The notes under the pieces: generated by a model | The model's database searches: none | What the model was told of the DNA's origin: nothing | What the model saw: only the letters and a program-made list of their open reading frames with translations | Part shown: positions 18,910 to 28,248 of the stretch, one piece after another | How positions within the stretch are numbered: the stretch's first letter is position 1 | Layout: the number at the start of each line of letters is the position of its first letter | Made by a program: the position numbers and the translations under genes | Assembly (NCBI GenBank): GCA_016186245.1 | Contig: JACPLZ010000011.1 | Coordinates: 1 to 46,968 of the forward strand | From: Candidatus Peregrinibacteria bacterium | Lineage (GTDB): Bacteria > Patescibacteriota > Gracilibacteria > UBA1369 > LOWO2-01-FULL-3 | DNA: 46,968 bases | Direction of reading: 5' to 3'

Positions 18910-20557
18910 AAACTGCCGGAACTGTCTGCAAAAATTCTCCATCTCCCAAAAGGATTTGGATTTCTATAAAAAACTCAATATCACCGGGCCAACTTTTTGC
19001 CCTGATTGCCGCCAACAAAGGCGTCTTATGTGGCGAAATGAACGCACGCTCTATAGGCGCAAATGCGATGGTACCGGCAAGGAAATTATTTCCGTATATT
19101 CTGCCGACAAGCCTTTTCCTGTATATGAAAATGAATACTGGTATTCCGATAAATGGGACGCTCTCGACCACGGACGCGATTTCGATTTTAGCAGGCCGTT
19201 CTTTGAGCAATTTTCCGAATTGATGAATGTGGTGCCTCAATTAGCCCGTTCTGCGGTGCAAAACCTAAATTGTGATTTCACCAATCAGGTTGGCTGGTGT
19301 AAGAACTGCTACCTCATTTTTGAAGCTGATTTCAATGAAAATTGTTACTATTCAAATAACATTTATGAATCACGTTTTACGATGGACAGCCTTATGGTCG
19401 TAAATTGCGAACTTTGCCATGAATGCGTTGATTGTTACGACTGCTACAATCTTAAATTTTCCCAGAATTGTAAAAATTGCTCCGATTCCTGGTTCCTAAA
19501 AAGCTGTATTGGCTGCCATAATTGCTATGGCTGTATAAATCTGCGCAACAAAGAATATTATTTTCTGAATGAAAAATATTCCAAGGATGAATATGAAAAA
19601 AAGATCGCGGCCTTAAATTTGAGCACCACAGAACAACTGGAAAAAGCCCGCCTGAATTTTTTGGAGTACTGCAAAAAATTTCCCCACAAATACATGGAAG
19701 GCAATCAAAACGAAGATTGCACCGGAAATTACATGTCCAATAATCAGCGTTGTTATGACTGTTTCGACATCAACAATTGTCAGGATTGCAGATATATTTT
19801 CAATTCCCGATATATGAAAGACTGCTGCGATGTTACTGTTTTTGGCTCCCGCGAGGGAGCCGAACTTTGCTATGAAGTGCATGAAACCGGCGCTGCCACC
19901 CGAAATATCATCGGCAGCGATCAGATATGGAGCGACTGCTACGATATTTTTTATTCCAAACTTTGTCTATTTAACAGTCATCATCTTTTTGGATGCGCGG
20001 GACTGAAAAAACAGAGTTACTGCATCTTCAACAAAAAATATTCACCGGAGAAATATGAAGAATTAAAAAACAAGATAGTAGATCATATGAAAAAAACCGG
20101 CGAATGGGGAGAATTTTTTCCGGCTACAATATGTCCTTACGGCTACAACGAAACTGTGGCAAATGACTGGTTTCCTCTGACAAAAAAAGAAGCCAAAGAC
20201 AAAGGTTACAAATGGAAAGACGCCGATCCTAGAGAATACAAACCGCAGACATATAAAATTCCGGTAAAAATAGAGGAAGTTTCCGATGCAATTGTTGATG
20301 AAATTTTGGCCTGCGGAGAGTGTGGAAAAAATTATAAAGTAATTATGGAGGAACTAAAGCTATATCGCCGACACAAACTGCCCATCCCTCAAAAATGTCC
20401 TGATTGCCGCCATAAAACCCGCTTTAACTTAAGAAATAAGCGCAATCTTTGTCAAAGAAATTGCAGGAAATGCAACGCCGAAATTATTACCACTTTCACT
20501 CCAGACCGCCAGGAGCCGGTGTATTGTGAAAAGTGCTATTTACAGACGGTCAATTAA
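18902..20557 (+). CDS. Large cysteine-rich protein with N- and C-terminal zinc-ribbon modules (CPR-type)
   Basis: CRNC/CPDC at N-terminus, dense central CxxC repeats, CGEC/CPDC/CRKC/CEKC at C-terminus; ATG at 18902. Confidence 0.9.
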   Translation: MHKNCRNCLQKFSISQKDLDFYKKLNITGPTFCPDCRQQRRLMWRNERTLYRRKCDGTGKEIISVYSADKPFPVYENEYWYSDKWDALDHGRDFDFSRPFFEQFSELMNVVPQLARSAVQNLNCDFTNQVGWCKNCYLIFEADFNENCYYSNNIYESRFTMDSLMVVNCELCHECVDCYDCYNLKFSQNCKNCSDSWFLKSCIGCHNCYGCINLRNKEYYFLNEKYSKDEYEKKIAALNLSTTEQLEKARLNFLEYCKKFPHKYMEGNQNEDCTGNYMSNNQRCYDCFDINNCQDCRYIFNSRYMKDCCDVTVFGSREGAELCYEVHETGAATRNIIGSDQIWSDCYDIFYSKLCLFNSHHLFGCAGLKKQSYCIFNKKYSPEKYEELKNKIVDHMKKTGEWGEFFPATICPYGYNETVANDWFPLTKKEAKDKGYKWKDADPREYKPQTYKIPVKIEEVSDAIVDEILACGECGKNYKVIMEELKLYRRHKLPIPQKCPDCRHKTRFNLRNKRNLCQRNCRKCNAEIITTFTPDRQEPVYCEKCYLQTVN

Positions 20558-20562
20558 TTGTC

Positions 20563-23319
20563 TTAAATCAGATTCTTTTCTATTTCCTCGCACTGTATCG
20601 GTGTCAGATCATCGCCGGTATCATCATAATGCATTAAATTTCCCGGCTGATCGGCACCCTGATCATGCGCATGCGCATGGGGCTGGTCTTTATTTACCCC
20701 TTTACTTAACTGATGTGCCAGCTCATGTGCCAGTGTCCTATTGTCATGATCGGTGCTTTCGTCAACAGTCACACCATCAGTGGGATCATTCCATGACGCG
20801 CCCATGGTGTCATCATCCAGTTTGGGCACGTAATAAACCGGAATGCAGTTGCCGGACGGCGGATGCCTGTTAACCATTTCATCGAGTTCCGAATTCAGAT
20901 CAACATCTCCATCTCCGTTTGTATCCACGTCATTAAAATCCTGCGCCGTAAGATGCTCTATCGCATGTATGGCAATATCCAAAAAGAAATTGCAATCGCA
21001 CTGCTGCGCGTTTTTGGAAAAAATCTGCATCGCCGTAACGACATCGGTGCTCACGGTAACATCTGTGGCATCGCTGCCTTCAAAAATAAACACATCTACG
21101 CAGACGGATTTCCACGGTTTTACCTTGTACCACCACTTCCAGAATTCCTCGAAAATATCCCACATTTCTTCATCCGATTTATTCTCGCCGTCTGTATTTT
21201 TTATAACCGCATCCTGCACGTAAATAACTCCATCTCCGATTGAAGCAGCATTAAACAGCAGATCTCCCGCACGAATGGTCTCCGGCACGGTTGAAGCGGT
21301 ATTTTTTATAATTCCCTGAATGGAAATCATGCCATTTGCAGAATTCACACCCTTTATAAGTGGCGTGCCAAAGGCATCTCCCGGTATGGGATCCTCAATA
21401 TCCACAAACTGCAGCAGTTTATTTGATGGCATAAGATTGAAAGAAAATTCTCCCAGCTTTCCTTTATTTTTTGGAAAATAAATATACATCGGAACGGAAA
21501 ATTGCCCGGATTCTTCTTCCACCGCCTTTGGGAAATTCAGTTGTATCGGCAAAAACGCAACCTGGACCGTTTCTCCCAGGCTTATTCCGGAAGAAGTTGT
21601 TATCGTTACGTCGGAAACTCCCCAATCGCTTGCCGTCAGCTCAATTGTAAAGATACCGTTTTCATTATGTGAAATTTCAACCGATCCCATCGTAGCAACT
21701 GCCGAAAGATTATTATTCACCGAAGAATACGGCAGAACATTCCCATATTTATCCACTCCGGCAACTTCGATGATTGCGCGGTCAGGTCTGTCATTTTCAT
21801 AATCATAATTTACATTTTTCACTTTTACATCAGCAAATCGCGCAGGCTCGACATACACCATCGCCGCATTTTTGACATTCGTTGTTTCATCCGTAACCGA
21901 TAAAGTGAAATACCCGGATTTATCCGAATCAAAAACGGTTGAAAAACCGCCGTCTGCATTTGCGGTAAGATTCACATATTTTACAAAATCCCGTCCCGTG
22001 GAAATTTTCACCTGCGGCAGGATTGTTGGCGAAACCGGATCCCCATATTCATTTACAAAATCAACATCTACATATGTGCTGCCTCCCGCTGTAAAATTTT
22101 CCAAACCGCTTATCTCAATGTGATCGATATTGCCGCCATTTCCGGAAAAAACAGTGTCATTTGGACACTCCTGGGAAATTATATTGTTTGAAAGAATGTT
22201 TTCATAGCAGACCGTACAGCCGTTATCCCGTCCGATGCAATATGGCTCATCGGTTGAAATTGGTGTCTCCGATCCAACGGTGATTTTTACGTGATCCACA
22301 TAGCAGAGTATTTCTTCGTAATCGGAAGTGTCGGAAATACCTTCCGGCAGGTACCAGCAGGCAACATCAAACTGCTCCCGCATTAAATCGTCAAAATAGA
22401 CCATATTGTTTTTTTGCTCTTCTTTATGGCAAAACATCAGGCCAAAGCCATCAGCGTCATATCCGGTAATATCAATACCGCTCAAAACCTCTTCCACCCT
22501 TTCCCAGAAATCACCTTCATCGGAAAAATAGCAGAAGTTTTGGTCAAAATAAGTTTCATCAATCGGATTAAAATCACTTGTCTCGTAAAATGCTCCCGTA
22601 TTTCCAAACGGCCCGCCAGGCCCAAACAATCCTCCCGGCGCCAACGCCCCGTCATGGGGAATTTCATAATATTCAAACAATTCATCAGTCATATCCGCAT
22701 CAAAAGATTCAATATTTAAAACATCAATTTGTTTATTTCGATAAATCATTTCCGCGATATCCCCGCGATCCATTATCGCTCCGGCATCATTTTCGGCCAT
22801 AATTCCGCGCTTGGAGGCTAACTCAAAATATGGCTGATACCACTGTTCATTTTCTTCTTTTTCTCTCAAACTCCAGCCCTCCAATTCTCCAAGAATTTTC
22901 AGTGATTCCACTTGGTTTATAATTTGGTCCGGTTTAAATGTGCCATCAGGATAGCCGTTTACAATGCCTTCGGATTTCGCCTGGCATACGTAAGTTGAAT
23001 ACCACGCATCCGGCGGCACGTCCGGAAAACATTTTTCATAATTTTGCCCGGTTGCAACTCCGGTTCCTTCAAAAAGAAGTTTAAGAAATTCCGCACGGTT
23101 TATATTGTTTGAAGGACGATATTCGCGCAGACCATCGTTACTTTGATAGCCTTCTACAACGCCGGTGTTATAGAGAAAATAAATCGCGTCATAATTTTGA
23201 TTTTCCAGTTCAACATCGTTAAACATTGAATTTCTAACCTGCCCATAACCGCCTGCTGTCGGCACAGACATCGTCAAAAAGGCTAACGCTACAATAAAAA
23301 ACAGAATATATTTTTTCAT
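20563..23319 (-). CDS. SLH-anchored multidomain protein with C-terminal metzincin-like zinc peptidase
   Basis: Signal peptide, N-terminal SLH repeats (FPDVPPDAWY..GIVNGYPDGTFKP), Ig-like region, DTNGDGDVD Ca-loop, TLAHELAH..H..NLM. Confidence 0.8.
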   Translation of the reverse strand: MKKYILFFIVALAFLTMSVPTAGGYGQVRNSMFNDVELENQNYDAIYFLYNTGVVEGYQSNDGLREYRPSNNINRAEFLKLLFEGTGVATGQNYEKCFPDVPPDAWYSTYVCQAKSEGIVNGYPDGTFKPDQIINQVESLKILGELEGWSLREKEENEQWYQPYFELASKRGIMAENDAGAIMDRGDIAEMIYRNKQIDVLNIESFDADMTDELFEYYEIPHDGALAPGGLFGPGGPFGNTGAFYETSDFNPIDETYFDQNFCYFSDEGDFWERVEEVLSGIDITGYDADGFGLMFCHKEEQKNNMVYFDDLMREQFDVACWYLPEGISDTSDYEEILCYVDHVKITVGSETPISTDEPYCIGRDNGCTVCYENILSNNIISQECPNDTVFSGNGGNIDHIEISGLENFTAGGSTYVDVDFVNEYGDPVSPTILPQVKISTGRDFVKYVNLTANADGGFSTVFDSDKSGYFTLSVTDETTNVKNAAMVYVEPARFADVKVKNVNYDYENDRPDRAIIEVAGVDKYGNVLPYSSVNNNLSAVATMGSVEISHNENGIFTIELTASDWGVSDVTITTSSGISLGETVQVAFLPIQLNFPKAVEEESGQFSVPMYIYFPKNKGKLGEFSFNLMPSNKLLQFVDIEDPIPGDAFGTPLIKGVNSANGMISIQGIIKNTASTVPETIRAGDLLFNAASIGDGVIYVQDAVIKNTDGENKSDEEMWDIFEEFWKWWYKVKPWKSVCVDVFIFEGSDATDVTVSTDVVTAMQIFSKNAQQCDCNFFLDIAIHAIEHLTAQDFNDVDTNGDGDVDLNSELDEMVNRHPPSGNCIPVYYVPKLDDDTMGASWNDPTDGVTVDESTDHDNRTLAHELAHQLSKGVNKDQPHAHAHDQGADQPGNLMHYDDTGDDLTPIQCEEIEKNLI

Positions 23320-23355
23320 TTGAATGATGTTAGATTGTCCGGAGCTCATTCTGAC

Positions 23356-24069
23356 TCATTCTTTTTTTTCAGGCAAGCTCCATTTGGGGGAAGCAGCCGG
23401 ACGCGGGCGGGAGATCGTAAGATATTTTCCTTCGATTGGATAGAACCCGCTTATTTGATGGAAATTTCCGCCGGCTGAAATTAAAATATCCTCCGGTGTC
23501 TCGATATCAAGCCGGACGCGATTTCCAGTTTTAGCTTCGCCGCTTAAATCGACAAAAACGGGAAAAAACATATTTGAATCGGCGGGCAATTGTATTCCAA
23601 CTCCAGCAAATGTTAAATAACCGTCGTTTTTCCTGCCTTTTACATTATTGCCGTTTACATTGATGTAGCCGTTTTCCACGTCATCGACAGCTCCGCTTAT
23701 TTTGAATTTTAAATTTTTTATTTCGGTTGCGGTTTTTCCGGTTTTAAAATTTATTTTCATTATTTCGGCATTTTTTAATCCCGGAGCCGTAAAGGAATTT
23801 TCTGCATTTTGAGTGATGAAAAAAATAACATCCGCCTCGTTTTCTTTTTTGTCGACAAAATTATCGGCATTTTTTACAAAAGAAGATTTGATGGAAAATA
23901 AAGGAGATAAAGACTTTGCATCCGCCAAAGATTCTTTGGAACTGTGCAGCACGCTCGCAAAATATAATTTCCCCGCATTGGTATATGTCAGAGCCGATGC
24001 TGCCGTAATAAGCAGAATAAAAACCAGGTATCCCCTGAGAATTTTCACTATTGAATTGGCCCTGTTCAT
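23356..24069 (-). CDS. Hypothetical membrane/secreted protein
   Basis: N-terminal hydrophobic segment; beta-rich body; fills gap in - strand run. Confidence 0.7.
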   Translation of the reverse strand: MNRANSIVKILRGYLVFILLITAASALTYTNAGKLYFASVLHSSKESLADAKSLSPLFSIKSSFVKNADNFVDKKENEADVIFFITQNAENSFTAPGLKNAEIMKINFKTGKTATEIKNLKFKISGAVDDVENGYINVNGNNVKGRKNDGYLTFAGVGIQLPADSNMFFPVFVDLSGEAKTGNRVRLDIETPEDILISAGGNFHQISGFYPIEGKYLTISRPRPAASPKWSLPEKKE

Positions 24070-24146
24070 TTTTATTTTTGTATGTTTTTTAATCTTTAGA
24101 TTATATCATTTTTAATCCGTCATAACAATGCTATAATGCAGCCCAC

Positions 24147-25400
24147 ATGCCGAAATTTATAGTTAATGGGGGAGGAAAACTTGCCGGAAACGTTACTGTA
24201 AGCGGTTCAAAAAACGCCGCTCTGCCGATCCTGTGCGCAGCGATGCTGACAGATGAAAAAAGTGTCCTTATGAATGTGCCGGACATCGAGGATGTTCATT
24301 CTATGATAAGAATTTTGGAGGAATTTGGAGCGGAAATTAAATTTGAAAAAAACACTGTAACCATCAATCCGGCAAAGTTAAAAGCGCACAGGCCCAATGA
24401 GAAATTGATAAAAAAAATGAGGGCGTCCATTTTGATTCTAGGCGCTTTGCTGCCGCGTCTGGGAGAAATAAAAATGGCCTTTCCCGGAGGCTGCGTTTTG
24501 GGAAAACGTTCGGTTTGGGCTCATGCGCACGCTTTCAAAAAACTCGGATGTAAAATCATGGATGAAAAAAATGGTCTCCATTTGCAGTGCAAAAAACTGC
24601 GCGGAGCGAAAATAATTCTGCCGGAACTAAGCGTTACCGCAACTGAAAATGCCATCATGGCGGCTGTGCTTGCCGCCGGCAAAACAGAAATCCATCTTGC
24701 CGCAGCTGAGCCTCACGTGCAGGATCTGTGCCATTTCATTAATAAGATGGGAGCGCGGATTTCCGGTATCGGCAGCAATATCTTAACCATCAATGGCGTA
24801 AAAAAACTCAATGGCGCCGAACACGGAATAACCGGAGATTACCTTGAGGCAGGCACATTTGCGATCGCTGCTGTCGCCACCGGCAGCAAATTAAACATAA
24901 ATGGAATTAATCCGGAGCATCTCGATGTCTTTTGGCAGAAGCTGGAGGAAATGGGAGTAAAAATCAGTTATGGGAAAGACTATATTACGGTTTTTCCGGC
25001 AAAAGAATTAAGGGCTATAGGACAGGTGAAAACAGCAATATATCCTGGTTTTCCAACTGATTTGCAGGCGCCTTTTGCCGTGCTGCTCACCCAGGCAAAA
25101 GGAGTTAGTAAAATTTTCGAGACTTTATTTGAAGGACGTTTAAATTACCTTTTTGAATTGGAAAAAATGGGTGCCCGGGTTGAGCTCATAAATCCGCATC
25201 AGGCTTTAATTATCGGCCCAAATGAGCTTACGGGAATGGCCATCTCAAGCTGGGATATCCGCGCCGGCGCGGCAATGGTAATAGCGGCAATGATAGCCAA
25301 AGGAACCACTGAAATTTCCAATATTGCCTACATTGATCGCGGTTACGAAAACCTGGATAAAAAACTCCGCTCCATAGGCGCGGAAATTAAGAGGGTCTAA
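24147..25400 (+). CDS. murA: UDP-N-acetylglucosamine 1-carboxyvinyltransferase
   Basis: SGSKNAALP, MRASIL, PGGCVLGKR, YPGFPTDLQ, DIRAGAA, IDRGYE. Confidence 0.97.
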   Translation: MPKFIVNGGGKLAGNVTVSGSKNAALPILCAAMLTDEKSVLMNVPDIEDVHSMIRILEEFGAEIKFEKNTVTINPAKLKAHRPNEKLIKKMRASILILGALLPRLGEIKMAFPGGCVLGKRSVWAHAHAFKKLGCKIMDEKNGLHLQCKKLRGAKIILPELSVTATENAIMAAVLAAGKTEIHLAAAEPHVQDLCHFINKMGARISGIGSNILTINGVKKLNGAEHGITGDYLEAGTFAIAAVATGSKLNINGINPEHLDVFWQKLEEMGVKISYGKDYITVFPAKELRAIGQVKTAIYPGFPTDLQAPFAVLLTQAKGVSKIFETLFEGRLNYLFELEKMGARVELINPHQALIIGPNELTGMAISSWDIRAGAAMVIAAMIAKGTTEISNIAYIDRGYENLDKKLRSIGAEIKRV

Positions 25401-25407
25401 GGGCACT

Positions 25408-26244
25408 CTAAAACTCAAACTCAATTCTTCCTTCCAGATCATTCCGGCGGATTGTTTTAACTCCGGCCAGTTTGAGTCTTTCCAGCGCTTCTTTGTGAGG
25501 ATGCCCATAGCGATTGTCTTCGCCGGACTGGATTACCGTAATTTCCGGCCTCACTTTTCCAAGTAATGACAATGTGGATGAAGTTTTACTGCCATGGTGG
25601 CCGGCTTTAAAAATATCCGCCTTTAAATTCACGCCGGATTCTACGAGCTGTTTTTCCGCTTCGGCTTCAAGATCGGCCGTCAGAAGAATAATGGTGTCTT
25701 TATATACGATTCGCACAGCAATTGCGGTATCGTTTACTTCTTCAAAAGCCTCCAGCAGCAGTTGATCAAAGGGATAAATAACATCAACCAATACTTGTCC
25801 AAAAGTAAAATCGGTTTCCGCATCAGCAACAAAAATTCCGGTATTTTGTGAAATAATTTCTCTTAATAATTCATCATAATATGAATTTTTATACTCCACG
25901 CCATTCAAAAGCACATTCTCCACATCGTATCTTTTCAAAACTTCCACAAGGCCACCAATGTGATCCTGTTGCGGATGAGTGGCAATCACCAAATCGATGG
26001 ATCGGTCAAAAAATGGCATTACTTCACTCAGCTCTTCAATCACTTTATTTCCAGGCCCGCCATCTATCAGAATTTGGTGATTTTCCGGAGTCCTGATAAA
26101 AATGCTGTCGCCCTGCCCAACGTTCAAAAACCATACATGCATACGGCCATCAGGCAGTTGCCAAAACATCAGTCCAAGGGCGCAAAATCCAGCCGCCAAA
26201 ATTCCCAAAATCCATCCTTTTATTTTTGCATTTACGGCAAACAT
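25408..26244 (-). CDS. ComEC/Rec2 C-terminal-type metallo-beta-lactamase-fold protein
   Basis: N-terminal TM, LNVGQGDS, THPQQDHIGG, KAGHHGS, NRYGHPH; start could be 26265. Confidence 0.9.
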   Translation of the reverse strand: MFAVNAKIKGWILGILAAGFCALGLMFWQLPDGRMHVWFLNVGQGDSIFIRTPENHQILIDGGPGNKVIEELSEVMPFFDRSIDLVIATHPQQDHIGGLVEVLKRYDVENVLLNGVEYKNSYYDELLREIISQNTGIFVADAETDFTFGQVLVDVIYPFDQLLLEAFEEVNDTAIAVRIVYKDTIILLTADLEAEAEKQLVESGVNLKADIFKAGHHGSKTSSTLSLLGKVRPEITVIQSGEDNRYGHPHKEALERLKLAGVKTIRRNDLEGRIEFEF

Positions 26245-26303
26245 AAATGCAACGGTAGCATGCAATCATTAAATTTTTATAAAATCTTGCCATGTGGAAA
26301 AAA

Positions 26304-26346
26304 GTCATGGTTCGACAGGCTCACTATGACAATGACAGGCTCACTA
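26304..26346 (-). repeat. TGTC-tagged REP-like palindrome plus partial duplicate
   Basis: Reverse strand TGTCATAGTGAGCCTGTCGAACCATG; GACAGGCTCACTA occurs twice. Confidence 0.7.
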
Positions 26347-27849
26347 TTTTCTCTTTTTTCCGATCAGTCTGCCTAAACCAAGGGATACGAGTATCAATGC
26401 CGCGACTCCAGGACCGGTTTCAGCCAGGACTACTTTGGCAATTGAACCTTCGCTTTCATTTCCAGCTTCATCTTTCTGCGTCAATTTAAACCAGTATTCT
26501 CCGGGCGCAAATTCACCGGCTTCATATTTATCGGCTGCCGGTTCAAGACCAGTTTGCTTGGAGTACGCATCACCTTTATTTCTGCTTAAATAGAGTATCT
26601 GTTCTACGGCGTCGCCTGCATTCTCTGCCGGCACTTTCCATTTAAGGGTTATCAGATATTTTTCCGCCTGCAGCAATTTTTCAGCGATAAAATTTGCGGC
26701 ATCTTTTGGCGGAATCAAATCATCGATACTGCCGGTTTCACCTTTTCCCTCGAAATTCATTGTCAGAATTCCCGCTTCAGGCAATTCATTTTCCGCTTCA
26801 TCGGTAATGCCAGCAACGGTGAGAATATAAGTTTTTTTACCTTGAGGAGATGTGGTCAAAATCGCGGTGGAATCTTCAGTCCCTTCGCTATTTGGGCTGA
26901 GCTCCACGCCCAAAACAGTGACACTTTCGGCAACTTCGTCATCCGATGTGATTACAAAATTTTCTGCCGGATCAATTCCCAAAACGATCCCTTCATTAAA
27001 ATCGACACGGATATGGGTTGCATCAATTGCTTCAACTGCAACCAGGGCTGGCGCATCCTTGTCTTCCGGCGCTTTCGGCTCGCCGCTGCCAACGAATAAA
27101 GCAGTGTCCGATGTGCCGCTGGAAATGGGATTTTCATATCTGTCTTTCACTCCCGTGCCAACTTCCAGTTTATAATTTACAAGTTCTTCCTGGGGTTCTG
27201 TTGTAAGAATAACGGTGCTCGCGCCCGCATCCGATGCGTCCATAATTGCCGCCAATACGTTCAGAGATTCAAAAGTATCATCATTTTCGATGGTAAATTC
27301 ATCCTGGGCATTTTCCGCAGGCAACACAACAGGCTCAGAAAAAACAACTTTTACTTCTTCTTGATTAAGCGCTTCAGCATCAGTAACTTTCGGCGCTTCC
27401 TCATCGGAGATATCGCCGGCATCAGCGGTTGGAATTACCTCCGCTTCCGGAGCCAATAGGCCGCTTTCATTTCCCGCTTCATCATAGGCGACAATGGAAA
27501 AATAATAGGTTGTATCATTGTCCAGATTTTCTACCGTGAATTCATAAAGACCATCGTCATTTTTTTCCGGAATTTTCGCGTCTGCAAAATTCGGATTTTC
27601 ACCATCAAGACTGTAAAATTCCCCCTGCTCTTTGACCTGTGTCAAACCGTAATGAATAAAATACCCATCAACCGCGACATTGTCTTCAACCCCGCTCCAT
27701 TCCACTTTCGCGGCGCTATCTAAAGGGGTAACCGTTAATTTCTCGATATTACCGGGATTTTCCGTGTCTTCATCGGCCTGCGCAATTACAGCAAGCGGAG
27801 TCGACAATAGCATCATTACGGCGGCAAGCATAAAAATTATCTTTTTCAT
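26344..27849 (-). CDS. Acidic surface protein with Fn3/Ig-like domains and LPXTG-like sorting signal
   Basis: Signal peptide; YYFSIVAYDEAGNES Fn3 motif; C-terminal LAETGP, hydrophobic helix, KKRK. Confidence 0.8.
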   Translation of the reverse strand: MKKIIFMLAAVMMLLSTPLAVIAQADEDTENPGNIEKLTVTPLDSAAKVEWSGVEDNVAVDGYFIHYGLTQVKEQGEFYSLDGENPNFADAKIPEKNDDGLYEFTVENLDNDTTYYFSIVAYDEAGNESGLLAPEAEVIPTADAGDISDEEAPKVTDAEALNQEEVKVVFSEPVVLPAENAQDEFTIENDDTFESLNVLAAIMDASDAGASTVILTTEPQEELVNYKLEVGTGVKDRYENPISSGTSDTALFVGSGEPKAPEDKDAPALVAVEAIDATHIRVDFNEGIVLGIDPAENFVITSDDEVAESVTVLGVELSPNSEGTEDSTAILTTSPQGKKTYILTVAGITDEAENELPEAGILTMNFEGKGETGSIDDLIPPKDAANFIAEKLLQAEKYLITLKWKVPAENAGDAVEQILYLSRNKGDAYSKQTGLEPAADKYEAGEFAPGEYWFKLTQKDEAGNESEGSIAKVVLAETGPGVAALILVSLGLGRLIGKKRK

Positions 27850-27912
27850 ATTTGTTTTATTTTTATTTTTATCACCGAATTATAGCAAAAAATAGCGGCA
27901 AAAGCAATGCTG

Positions 27913-28248
27913 GAAATCCTGAAACAAGTTCAGGATGACATTTTTTGTGTCATGCCGGTTCAGGATGACATTTTTTGTGTCATGCCGGTTCAGGATGACA
28001 TTTTTTGTGTCATGCCGAACTTGTTTCGGCATCTCTTGAGGTTGATCGCTACGATAGATCCTGAAACAAGTTCAGGATGACACGATTAGAGTTCAGAATG
28101 ACACGATTAGAGTTCAGAATGACACGATTAGAGTTCAGGATGACACGATTAAAGTTCAGGATGACATTTTTTGTGTCATGCCGAACTTGTTTCGGCATCT
28201 CTTGAGGTTGATTGCTCCGATAGATCCTGAAACAAGTTCAGGATGACA
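27913..28248. repeat. Mosaic array of TGTC-tagged REP-like units with internal 30-bp (x3) and 21-bp (x4) tandem repeats
   Basis: ATCCTGAAACAAGTTCAGGATGACA and inverted TGTCATGCCGAACTTGTTTCGGCATCTC units; tandem blocks 27928-28017 and 28070-28153. Confidence 0.92.

Noticed and set aside
133..20557. Cys-rich paralogs as diversity-generating retroelement repeats
   Set aside because: No reverse transcriptase; similarity is at protein level, with no adenine-specific near-identical DNA repeat seen
27913..28248. Possible CRISPR array
   Set aside because: Spacers are identical or very short, units occur in both orientations, and no cas genes are present
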